Source: Mesotaenium endlicherianum (lineage: Eukaryota). From it: DNA of 34,046 bases. Each line of letters opens with the position of its first letter. Within the stretch, counting starts at the first letter, position 1. The translations under genes were made by a program, and so were the position numbers. This document shows positions 12,201 through 31,454 of the stretch, one piece after another. The stretch is taken from NCBI GenBank assembly GCA_009602735.1, contig WELA01002438.1:237607-271652 (forward strand). The letters run 5' to 3'. The notes under the pieces were generated by a model. It was not told where the DNA came from. It made no database searches and saw nothing but the letters and a program-made list of their open reading frames with translations.

Positions 12201-15200
12201 NNNNNNNNNNNNNNNNNNNNNNNNNNNNNNNNNNNNNNNNNNNNNNNNNNNNNNNNNNNNNNNNNNNNNNNNNNNNNNNNNNNNNNNNNNNNNNNNNNNN
12301 NNNNNNNNNNNNNNNNNNNNNNNNNNNNNNNNNNNNNNNNNNNNNNNNNNNNNNNNNNNNNNNNNNNNNNNNNNNNNNNNNNNNNNNNNNNNNNNNNNNN
12401 NNNNNNNNNNNNNNNNNNNNNNNNNNNNNNNNNNNNNNNNNNNNNNNNNNNNNNNNNNNNNNNNNNNNNNNNNNNNNNNNNNNNNNNNNNNNNNNNNNNN
12501 NNNNNNNNNNNNNNNNNNNNNNNNNNNNNNNNNNNNNNNNNNNNNNNNNNNNNNNNNNNNNNNNNNNNNNNNNNNNNNNNNNNNNNNNNNNNNNNNNNNN
12601 NNNNNNNNNNNNNNNNNNNNNNNNNNNNNNNNNNNNNNNNNNNNNNNNNNNNNNNGGGGGGGGGAGATGAAAGCTGAAAGTGAAGGGGAAAATGGAGGTT
12701 GGGGAGCTGCGGGGAAGAGGGAGGGGGGGGGGGGAGAGGGCTGCACACGAGCTGCTGAAGGGCGGCCTCGTGTTGGGCTCCTCCGCTGTCCAGCTTAGAG
12801 TGTTCTCTCGAGAGTGCGCGCGCTCGCTCAACCAGGCCCTCGAACTGGGCGCGCCTCCCAGAGGTCCCCGCGTGCCTGTCGAGAAGCCGCAACTGGGCCG
12901 CCTCTGTCCTGAGAGTGGCCTGCAAGGGCAAGAGATGGATTGGATGGATGTGGATGGATGGATGTTGGCGCATCCTCAGATGGTGCTGATGTTGGTTGTG
13001 AGAGCCCACGCGCAGCTCGAGCGACCTTAGCACCTCCAAGTGGCAGGCTTCCGTGCCTCCAAGTGGCAGGCTTTCGTGCTCATCCTTGCAATACGAGTTG
13101 ACAAAAGAAAAGGCTCCAACAGCCAACCGGACCTTTCTCTCTCCCTCTCTCTCACCTATTACTTTGTGCATTATATATGCGTGAGTGTGCAACTGCTGTC
13201 GTTCTCGTGAAGGCCTCCTGTTAATTACATAAGAAGACTTGACGCAAGCGAAGGGGGAGCGGGCGCGGGGCATGCGTGCACCCACCTGGGCGCTTTGGCC
13301 GTTAACGTCCACGAGGAGGCCGCCGAGCGCGCGCATCACCTTGAGGGGCACTGCCACGCCGTTCACGCGGCACACGCTCTTCCCTCTGCCGCCCGCCTTC
13401 GTCGGCCCCCCGCTGCTGCTGCTGCTGCTGCTGCTGGCACCTGCACGCACGCGCAGGAGAGAGGCCCGCCCCGTGGAAGTTGGAGTCGAGCAACCGCCCA
13501 TCTGTGGGCGGCTGTTGATGTTGTGCGCTTGGCACACGTGGTGCCTGGATGGGCTGGTGGACATCTTGGAAGGTTCTTTTCCGCAAAGGGGCAGAGGGTC
13601 CTGCGAGAGCTGCTGGCTGGAAGTTTGCGCGCGCCAGGCGTTCCGGGCATAGTGGAAGCTGTGACTATGTGTGTGTGTGTGCGTGTGTGCGTGTGAAAGA
13701 GAGTGTGCGTGTGCGCATTGATGGCCTGGCTCTCCGCACATTGACTCCATACAGTCAACCACAAACTCTCGACACACTGACTGGCTCTTCAAGACCAGAG
13801 GAGCACGGGCTCGACATTTTTACACGAGCTGCTTCAGACCCCGCAACAGTAACATGGAGGGTTGTATGTGAGGACGTCACACTCAGACTCGGCTAGAGGA
13901 GGAAAGCAGCAGCTGCAGGAGGGTACCAGGCGCAGAGGTGGCACCATTTGTGGAGTTGGCTGAGCTGGCACCGTATGCGGTGCTCGCTGAGCTGGCACCT
14001 CTCAGAATCTCCCTCTCCAGGACCACTGTCTGATACACGTCAGCATCGGAGTCACCATGTGCTGTTGCCATGTCACCGGCTTTCAGTGTAGCAGCTGCAG
14101 CAGGAGCCTGCCCAGTCAGCAAGGATGCCAGGCTGGCACGAACTGCGGGGCCCACAGAAAAGATGCCCTGCAGGAGAGCTGACGTGGCGGGCGGCCGCAC
14201 GGAGTCTTCAGCCATTGGAGCCCCCAACACCTGGCGGCAACAGACACAAACGTATGCACCCAGAGTCATGGCATAGGCAAAGATATGCAGCAGCAGCAGC
14301 AGCAGCAACTTATCAAAGAGCGAGGTCTCCGGGATCAATATAAAAGAACAATATCAATGTTCAATGTAACAATAAAAAGAACGAGTGAAGTTTTAGTACA
14401 GACATCAGAAAGAAGAATGCTGAATGACACTGCATGCGACGCACACTGCTGCTGCAAATGAGTGGCTCCCAAGCCTGGTCCCACTAGTTCCGGCTCCAAA
14501 TCTGGCTCCACTTTTGTGGCCCACATGCCAGCTCACCTCCAAGAATGAGCCGTCCCCGTCTCTGCTTGTGGGGCCAACATGCATGAAGTGGTCAGCACGC
14601 GCGGACTGAGGTCATCACGGGCAGATATGAATACATACATATGTGTACACATCTATATGTATGCACACACATATATATATATATATGTACATATATGTAT
14701 CATGTAGCTTATCATAATGTACGTATGCAGATACTGATATTCATATGTATACTCATATATATATACATATATGTATCATGTAGCTTATCATAATGTACGT
14801 ATGCAGATACTGATATTCATATGTATACTCATATATATACGTATACACATATATATACATCTATATATTTATAAATGTGTACATCAACATACACATATAC
14901 ATATACATGCCTGTATTGCACGTATGTGCATATAGTTAAACATACGCACATCCATATACACATACATGTACATATATGAAGATCCGTACAAATATATGTG
15001 CGTGTGTTTGTGCATTCACAGAGAGGTATACTTAAATCAACTAAATCAATTGGTACAAATCTTATGCACGCTGTACAGGAGTATGCGCAATTAAGCATGC
15101 ACGAACAAGCAAAGCAGGCAGCCTGGCATGGATGCAGCGTGGTGCCACCTGGCCGAGGGCCTGCAAAAGGATGGACTTGCCAGCGCCACTCTCCCCCGTG

Positions 15201-16624
15201 ATGATGTTCAGCCCGGGGCCAAACTCCACCCTCTCCTCCTGTATCAGCGCAAAGTCCCTGTTCACACCCACCAGACGGGGGCGTGAGAGGGGCGACTCGG
15301 CTTCATGAATAAGTTTGAAGCTTTCTCTCTTTTGAGCCTACGCCTCAGTGGGACAAACGATGTGGAGGTATATGCATGATTTGCAGAATGCTAAGAGTTT
15401 CCACTCGCTTTCACACCCACGATGAGAGAGGCGGAGGGCGCTGTCGGCTTACCTTATCCTCAGCTCTTGCAGATAGGCAGGTCCTCTGGGGGGTCCCTTG
15501 TCCACATTCTCTATGCCCTCTTCGGTACTTTCCCCTCCATCTATATCACTAACACTAGCGTCACTATAACCGCCTCTCAGCTTGCTTTCACTCCGCACAC
15601 CAAGAGAACTCCCTTCACTTGCTGTCGGGCTTAAGTTACTGACTTTATCCTCAATATTCTTAGTGGAGGCCTTGGAGCCGCTTAGGGCTCCTTGGGCTCC
15701 TTCAATGTACAAAGATGACTCTGCACTTAACGGAGGCAGCATGGCTGCTGCATTTACTGCGTCTGTACTCTGAGAGTGAAGAAGAGGTGGGGAGCTCGGT
15801 CCTACTCGTAAGTCAATCTGAGTTCCCTGGGCATCTCCCATCTCATAGGATGAATCACTCGTATGGGCCGCATAATAGTCTTCTGCTACAGCTTCAAAAG
15901 CATCATACACTTTGGGCATGCTCTCTGATTGCTGACCCTCTTTTTCCAATTCTGCACGAATATCTGTTTCCGTGAAAGGTTCACCAATGCCTTCTACCTG
16001 GTCAGCTGCTCCACCATAACAATCGCCTACGCTTATTGGATTTCTCTGCCAGTCTGCGCCCGTATCCTCTCTTTTGATCCGGGCTGGATATTGTTCGGTA
16101 TCATGACTACTAGTTATGGATGTCTCTTCATTTGCGCTTGCCCTTGAGCGGGTAACTCCATGGCCAGAAAGAGGTTGAAGACACATTACATACTGAACGC
16201 TTTTGCTCTGAACATGCTGGCCTCCTGTGCTTCCTGCAGGTGCAATTTTGAAATTTCTTGATTTATTGATGGATATACTACTCGCCACATGTCCTTTTGT
16301 GTATGCCAGGCAGGAATACTTCCAGGCAGACGAGCAAGCGCAACGTAGTAGGACTCTACTTTGTCTGGCATACATAGTGCTGGGACTGACTGACAACTCC
16401 TCACAGTCCCTTAGACATGACGAAGCTGCTCCAGTTGCTGTGGAAATTCGTTTTGCAAAAATGCGTAGTCGGGTCCTAGGCTTGCACGCCTGCTGACGCT
16501 GCAGGGGTGCTGATTGGACTGTACAACACATCCGTTGCCCAGAAGTACTTCCATAAGAATATGCTCTAAAGTCTGGTCTCGTACTTAACAAAGCTCTCGC
16601 AGACAAAGCCATTCGACATGCCAC
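2883..16624 (-). CDS. recN: DNA repair protein RecN (SMC-like ABC ATPase), nuclear-encoded, 16 exons, about 1154 aa, probably organelle-targeted
   Basis: Phase-consistent GT-AG exons: 16624-15453, 15257-15149, 14230-13927, 13440-13286, 12919-12749, 10976-10905, 10718-10392, 9769-9689, 9154-9064, 8298-8111, 7463-7131, 6052-5962, 5385-5249, 4837-4811, 4168-4067, 2987-2883 (3465 nt). Motifs: LQELRIRDFALI; Walker A GLNIITGESGAGKS; CRVNG; Q-loop VDVNGQ; NAGEPLLPLSQVASGGECARVMLALK; Walker B/D-loop VFDEVDTGVGG; H-loop VLCVTHLPQVA; terminal REEEIAHMLG. The start codon and the 7463 acceptor are the least certain parts. Confidence 0.93.
9180..9300. repeat. (CA)n/(TG)n microsatellite; similar tracts near 7695-7725, 19000-19090, 21055-21092, 28541-28611, 31210-31460 and 33165-33230
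   Basis: Directly visible dinucleotide runs, all intronic. Confidence 0.9.
12113..12655. other. Assembly gap (N run) in RecN intron 5; other gaps at 22018-22546, 23591-23852 and 28929-28953
   Basis: N runs flanked by G or C homopolymer/low-complexity tracts. The RecN exons on either side join cleanly (QQL|VDEVEVLGLQEGE), so no exon is needed in this gap. Confidence 0.95.
14691..14840. repeat. Near-perfect tandem duplication (2 x about 76 bp) inside an AT-rich (TA/CA)n island in RecN intron 2
   Basis: The unit atatatgtatcatgtagcttatcataatgtacgtatgcagatactgatattcatatgtatactcatatat... starts at 14691 and again at 14767. Confidence 0.9.
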
Positions 16625-17086
16625 CAGTTCACATAAATATAGGAGCTGCTGTACAGGCTACCACAATGACAAGCTGTAGATCACAGTGTGTCATACATTT
16701 TTAGAGTGAAGAGAGCGTGAAATACACTCGAAATAACATCTCGTTCCGGATTGTTGAAGCGAAGAAGGAATTAAATTGTGTTTCAATCGAGCCCAATTGG
16801 GCCTGTGATTTTGATGTCGGTGGTGCTCAAGAAACTATCCGGGAGCAAATGCTCTTTCATACTAAGCGGAGCAACAGGGCTAGGGGCTGCTACTTTGTCT
16901 ACATGCATGTGTTGCAGAGTGAACTTCATGTATACTTCCTGTATACTTGACAACCAGATCATTACGCAGGAGCTTCTCGTCTTCTTGTCTAACCTGGTTA
17001 GGATATGCACGTGCAGAACATATGTCGAAGCTTCTGGTTCTTTATTTGATACTACCGCCTGTTATTACTAAGTGCCAAAAGAGGCT
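16625..17086. promoter_or_regulatory. Putative bidirectional promoter / 5' UTR region between RecN and RTCA
   Basis: Divergent ATGs at 16624 (-) and 17087 (+). The region is AT-richer than the flanking introns. The palindrome GCCCAATTGGGC at 16791-16802 gives back-to-back site II-like motifs (AGCCCA and TGGGCC). Confidence 0.6.
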
Positions 17087-25300
<8,214 letters not shown>

Positions 25301-26376
25301 GCGCCTCTCGAGTAGTCGCAGCGGTGGCTTGCGAATAGCAAGGCTGCTGAAGACCTTAGTCCTTGAGATTTGGGACAACGCTGCACAGAGAGAAGCTCGT
25401 ATGTAACAGGAGCAGCCTGATGTGCTGCGCGGAAGTGTTGGAAGGGTTTGTGCGGACAACTAGCCGCAATAGCTTGGTCCCTGGTCTGCGTGATTCGAGG
25501 GCCACAAGAAAGAGGTACTTGAGGCATGCACGAAAGATGAAGACCGGTGATCTGTGTATGACTCTTGTCTGTGATCGTCTTTAAGAGTGTGCATGTCTTT
25601 CTGCCAGGAAATAGAGGGCTGGTTGGCAACCTGAATTGGCCAGAGAAGCTTATGGAAGCAGCATGCAAGCTGGCACTAATGAGGGCAGGCTCTTATTTTG
25701 AGCATCATGTGCAAATATCCTTTTTCCATTCTAGCTTAGCGGTGGTGGTGGAGATCATTTTTACATCATAATTTTTCTTCCTGACACCATCGATTGCCAG
25801 CACAATACCAGAACCTTGAGGATACATAAGAAAGAACATGCAAGTCTGTCAGAAAGGCGGTCAGCACTCGTGACATATAATCTCAAATTATTCTGTGTTC
25901 TGATAAGGCTTGACTTGATCGCCATTGAGTTCTTTATTGTCGCTGTATACAGACCGCATTCTGAGTTTATAGAGCACCAACCATTTGACATGGGGAATTC
26001 ATGTATTCTTCTTGTGGTTTCCAGCAAGCATCGCCAAATGCAGCGCAAGGAGATGAAATTCTCCGCTCCGCATCGGATACTGCATCACATGCACCACGCT
26101 CGCACATTGTCTGCAACTCCACCACGTTCTTCATGCACGTGCTCGCTATGGTATGGAGCAGAATAAAGACCTCATAAATAGTCGACATGTGAGTCATCCA
26201 ACTCCTTTTATCCGTATAAAGGGGGGCTGCGACTGTTTGACATGCCCAAAACAGTGACAGATGGACAGCACTAGACTCAGACGTGGTTGATCGGCACAAA
26301 TTTGTGATACTTGCCAATAATCTGGCTTTTCACTTGGAAAAAAGAAAATTTAAAAAAGAAAGTACTAATAGCTTCC

Positions 26377-26918
26377 TCACAGTATTTTCTCCAGCCCGAG
26401 CACCAGTGTCTGCAAAGGCCGCAAACACAAACAGGAAACTGTCATTGCGTGCCCTTTGTGCCGTTGAAGAGATTTAATCAAACTTCCTAAGGTGTCTCGG
26501 CCGCACTGACAGCTGGTCCATCGACACAGCTGCTTGCGGGCGTGCAGCCACAACTCCCTATTTTTCCCAGCCAATGGACAGTCTAAATGTTCCTAGTCTT
26601 CCCAAACGTTCCTAGTCTGGTCAGATGTGTGACGGTAGGCCCACAAAACTTGCGTAAAGGCCCTTCTACCCAGGGCGGTGCGTCCCGCTAGATGCTCCAG
26701 GCACAAGGGTCAGCCAACATATCGGCCGTGAAGCGCAGAGGAGGAACTCTGGTCCTAGCAGGCCACTCCCATTGCAGCAAGTGGGAGCCTCGCTGGATAG
26801 AGATGCAAGGCAAGCACGCGCGTGTGCGGATGCAGGAGAGAAGAAAGGACAAAGAGAGGGAGGAAGGGAGGGAGGGAGGGGGGAAGAGAGAAAGAGAAGA
26901 GAAAGGTAGGGCGGGAAG

Positions 26919-26993
<75 letters not shown>

Positions 26994-28559
26994 NAGAGAG
27001 AGAGAGGGGGGGGAGGGGGAGAGAGAAATTAGTTGAGAGGCAGGGCGGGCATGAGGGAAGCGTACTCTGAGGCGCACGACTTTGCGGATGGCCAGGAGGA
27101 GGCCGGGCATGAGGGCCCGCACATCTGTCACGTCGTGCTTCACCGACCACACCTGCCTCCAGTTGTCGCAAACAGGGACAGAGACAGAGACGGGGACAGA
27201 AATGCCCACGCGCGCGCACAAGCATACGGACGACAGACACACGGGCGCCCCACAAGATATACATTTTATCAGAAATCAAGTGATACATACTAAGGGAATG
27301 CAGGAGCCCTCCTTTCAATCAGCGGCAGCAGCAGCGGCAACAAAAGCAGCAGCAGCAGCAGAGAGTAGAGTGGGGGGAGTGAACAAAAAAGCTCTGCCCC
27401 TCTGGCAGCCAGAGAGGGGGACCTCATCTGACGCCGGCTCCATTGCAGCCCCCAAAACTTCCAGCCCTGCTGGTTCTTGCCCAACTGCGCAGCGGGCATG
27501 AGCCAGTCATGGGGATACAACCTGCCGGCGTGCAGAGATGCGAGAGGAGTGCCACGTGGCGGGCGGAGCATCTGCGTGAGAAGAAGTTGTCACACGCGGC
27601 ACAGGCACAACCCCTCCTCTGCTCGTGCATCGAGACAGGGGCCAGGAAAAAGAGAAACAGGGGCTAGCAAGCATATGCGCCGCGAGATGAAGCAGCAAAG
27701 ACGCGGGACAAAGCACTTGCAGTCGAGCAGAGATCATACAGAGGTCAAACTTAGGTCAAACATAGGTCAAGCAGGAGTCAGGCAGCGGAGCGAGGGGTTC
27801 CACGGACTCAGCCACTTGCCTCGCCGGCAGAGGCAAAGCGGGCCTCCAGGCTGGACAGCACGCCGGGGTGCCGGCTACTGTGCACTCTCACGCCCTCCTC
27901 CGTGACAGCTCCTCTCGCCTGCGCACGCCCCCACTCCTCCCAACTCCTCCTGAGCTTAGACCCCGGGCCTAACCCCCAACAAGATCCATAAACCTTGGAA
28001 AACTATGCCGTCCATCACCTTCGCCTCTGTTCTTTTCTTGCTCAGCAGGCCCCTGGCCTTGGGCTGCATGAGGTGAGGATTGCGACACTTGGCGCAGGCG
28101 AGAGAGCTGCTTGGCCCCAGGCTGCCGCGACAGCCATCTCAACTGTCTGGAAGAGAGCTACGATCGATGTGACGTGTGAACCTTTCGAGGACTGAAGTCT
28201 GAGGAGTAGGACCTGCCCATGAGCACCCTACAGCTGCGGTAGCTTCTGTGTGAAAGAGGACAGCGCCACACGCAAGCTTTGGCTGCCTGCCTAGCTGCCA
28301 GCTGTAGCGTGCATGCCATAACAAGGAAGCCTAGCCCTGCAGCCATGTGGCACACTACACTGGAACGGCTCTTCCTGGACAGCTGTCCCTCCCCCTGCTC
28401 ACCCCTTCCTCTCTCCCATGGGTGGTAGGAAAGCCACATGCAACCAGGACCTGGGGAGCACTCCACAAGGGGGAAGCTTCTCTCTCCTTCTCCCTCTCTC
28501 ATTCTCTCAAAGTCTGTCTGCCCCTGGCTAAGTCCTTCTCACACACACGCAAAACACAA

Positions 28560-28615
<56 letters not shown>

Positions 28616-28713
28616 AGAGACAGACAGACACGCGCTTACACACACCCCAAGAGGGCAAAGCAGCTGAAAGTGCCTGAAAACTGTACCACCACCACCACCA
28701 CCACCACCACCAC

Positions 28714-28751
<38 letters not shown>

Positions 28752-31339
28752 AAAACGTTGAAAAGAAAGCTTAGGAGCAGAGCAGGTGCGCGGGAGTCAC
28801 TCACGGCATGGCTTGTGTCAAAGTCGGCACTGTTGAACGTGCGTCCCAACTCTGACAGCGTGTCCGCCAGCTGTGCAGTGCTTCTCCGGGGGTACAAGGC
28901 TTCCTGTTGATTCCCGCCCCCCCCCCCCNNNNNNNNNNNNNNNNNNNNNNNNNCCCCCCCCCCCCCCCCAAATTACAGCACGCGGTCACAGACCACCACG
29001 CCCTTCAGTGAGCACCGACCGACTTTGTCCCAAAGGTGCGCGCCTCACTCATTCCCTCGGCCCCTATGAGTGAGCAGAGGGCAGATGGAGGGGCACTGCA
29101 GGTCCACTGTCGGACTTGGAGGGGTCAATATGCGCGTCCTGGAAAGAGATAAACCCTGAACCCTGAAGTGCAACCCATAAGCCCCAAGCACAAGCAGAGG
29201 GGACACGAGGGCATACCGCGAGCCGGCTGTACAACTCGGAGATGACGACGTGCGCGTACTGGAAGACCTAGATGCTTAACCCTAATCTCTGAACCCTAAA
29301 GCCCAGAGCGGGATCAGGGGGGAGAAGAGGGAGCACCGCGAGCCCGCTGTCGGACTTAAAGAGGTCGGCGTGCGCGTACTGGGGGGCCTAGAGCCCTGAG
29401 CTACGATCACGAGCAGAGGGGCGACGTAGGCATACAGCGGGCCCACTGTGCGACTCAAAGATGTCGACGTGCGCGTAGTGGAAGGCAGCCGCCTCCGCCG
29501 CCTGGCGCAGCAGCAACGTCCCCACCGACAGCTCCGGCGCTACCAGGCATCCCTGCGCAGCTCAGGCAGGGGCACGGGTTTGGTGCAGGAGCTTTTGGGG
29601 TAGAGCGCAAGCCGACGGCTCCGGTGCCACTATGAGCATCCCCTGCGCAGCTCAAATCAGGGCTTGGCGAAGTGGTTCAAAGTTAGAGCGCAAGATGACG
29701 ACTGCGGCGCCGCTGTGAGCATCCCTACACAATCCAGGGTTTAGGGAGGGCTCAGGTTTAGAGCGCAAGCCAACGGCTCCGGCGCCGCTATGACCCATGC
29801 GCAGATTAAGCTCTTGAGGGGGGTTTGAGGCTTGGGGCGCAAGCTGTTGCAGTCACATGGCAGGCGTGCTGGACTGAGGGGGCTAGTCCAGCAGGGTCAT
29901 TCTGTCGACTCTGGGGTGCCCTCTGTACCCTCGTCTCTCCCCTGCACCCTGTGCCCATTTAGGGAGCCGCCGGAGCCCTCCGCGCGTGCAGTAGGGGCCT
30001 CTTATGCATGCTGTCAACCGTTGAGGGAGCCGTCAGGACCCTCCACGCGCGTACTGGTGTCTCCCCTGCATCCTGTGCCCGTTCAGGGGGCCGCCGGAGC
30101 CCTTCACGTATGCGCTAAGGCTCTCCTCTGCATTTGGGGGACCCTCTCAGGACCCCCCCTCATGCGTGGGCCATCTGCCTCCTCCTTCTCTTCCCCCGCC
30201 AGGGAGAGGAGGGCCCACACACAGCCCTGGATGCAGCGGTATCACGCTTGCAATCGCACGCTAACTCTTTCACGACTGCTTCAAACTTGTCAGAAGAACA
30301 CATACACGTACACCCAGAAACCACCCCCCCCCTCTGTTTCCCTGCCTGCCTGACCCCCGGCAGCCCTCCCCTTGGCACCGTGCCGGGCCAGGTGTGCAAG
30401 CACACTCTGCTCGGCACACGCTAGACGGAGGTAACAAAACAAATGGAAGTGTGCGCACGCCTGTGCGCCTGTGCGCCTGCATCTTGCTCATGTTGAGGGC
30501 CCCGAAGTCGAGCGCACGTCCCGACGAGGGCTGGCATGCACGTGCATGTCTGAGTGTGGAATGTATGCGCGCGTGTGTGTGCGCGCGCGTGTCTGCGTAT
30601 ATATTTTTGTCTATGCAATGAAGTCAACCCCTTGCAAGCTACTGTGCCTGCCAACCAATCCTTGTCGTGGATGTGGATCTTCCCGCTATCCTGCAATTGT
30701 GCGACGCTTGCAATCATGGCGGGCACCTTGCATATCTCACTCCTCCTCTAACTCGCATTCCTGCAGGAGACTGGTTCTGCCCCTCTTGCAGACCGCCCCC
30801 CAGCGTAGGCCCCTCTCATTACGTCCTTCCCCTTCTCGTATGCTCCGCGTTATTTTTCTATGCTGGCTCCCTCGCCACGTGTGCGCGTGCGCGTGTGTGT
30901 GTGTTCGCGTGCGCGCATGCGTGTGTTGCTTGTCTTTGTGAGTGCTGACCGCTTGGGCTCGTGAAAAAGCTCCACAGGTTCAGGAGCTGTGAGTGGGCTG
31001 AGGTTGGGGGGGGCGAGGGAGGGAGGGAGGAAGGGAGGAGAGGCATTCACAGTTGACGCCTTCTCGCAGAACTCCACGAGGGTGTTGAGCTCGTCCTCTG
31101 GCAGGGTGGACCCCCCCACCACCGTGGACAGCCCAAAGGCTGTCGCCTGCATGGGTCGTCACCAGCGATCTCATTTGAGCGGGAGGGAGAAGGAGGACGA
31201 TGAGGAACACACATGCGCACACAGATGCACACGCACGCACACGCACGCGCACACGCAGTTACATGCACACACACCCATGCACCCACACACGTATGCACCC
31301 GCGCATGCGTGCACAGACGCACGCACACAGGCGCACGCA

Positions 31340-31370
<31 letters not shown>

Positions 31371-31422
31371 ATATGCTCACAGACACGTACTGACACATAC
31401 CCACAGGTCCACACACATGTGG

Positions 31423-31454
<32 letters not shown>

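Noticed and set aside
12098..13792. 564-aa ORF and other long ORFs spanning N runs
   Set aside because: Length is inflated by gaps and by read-through of an in-frame intron; only 13440-13286 and 12919-12749 are RecN exons.
29070..29845. Regularly spaced repeats resembling a CRISPR array
   Set aside because: The units are diverged copies of CRR1 exon ends, the spacers are related to each other, there are no cas genes and the context is eukaryotic.
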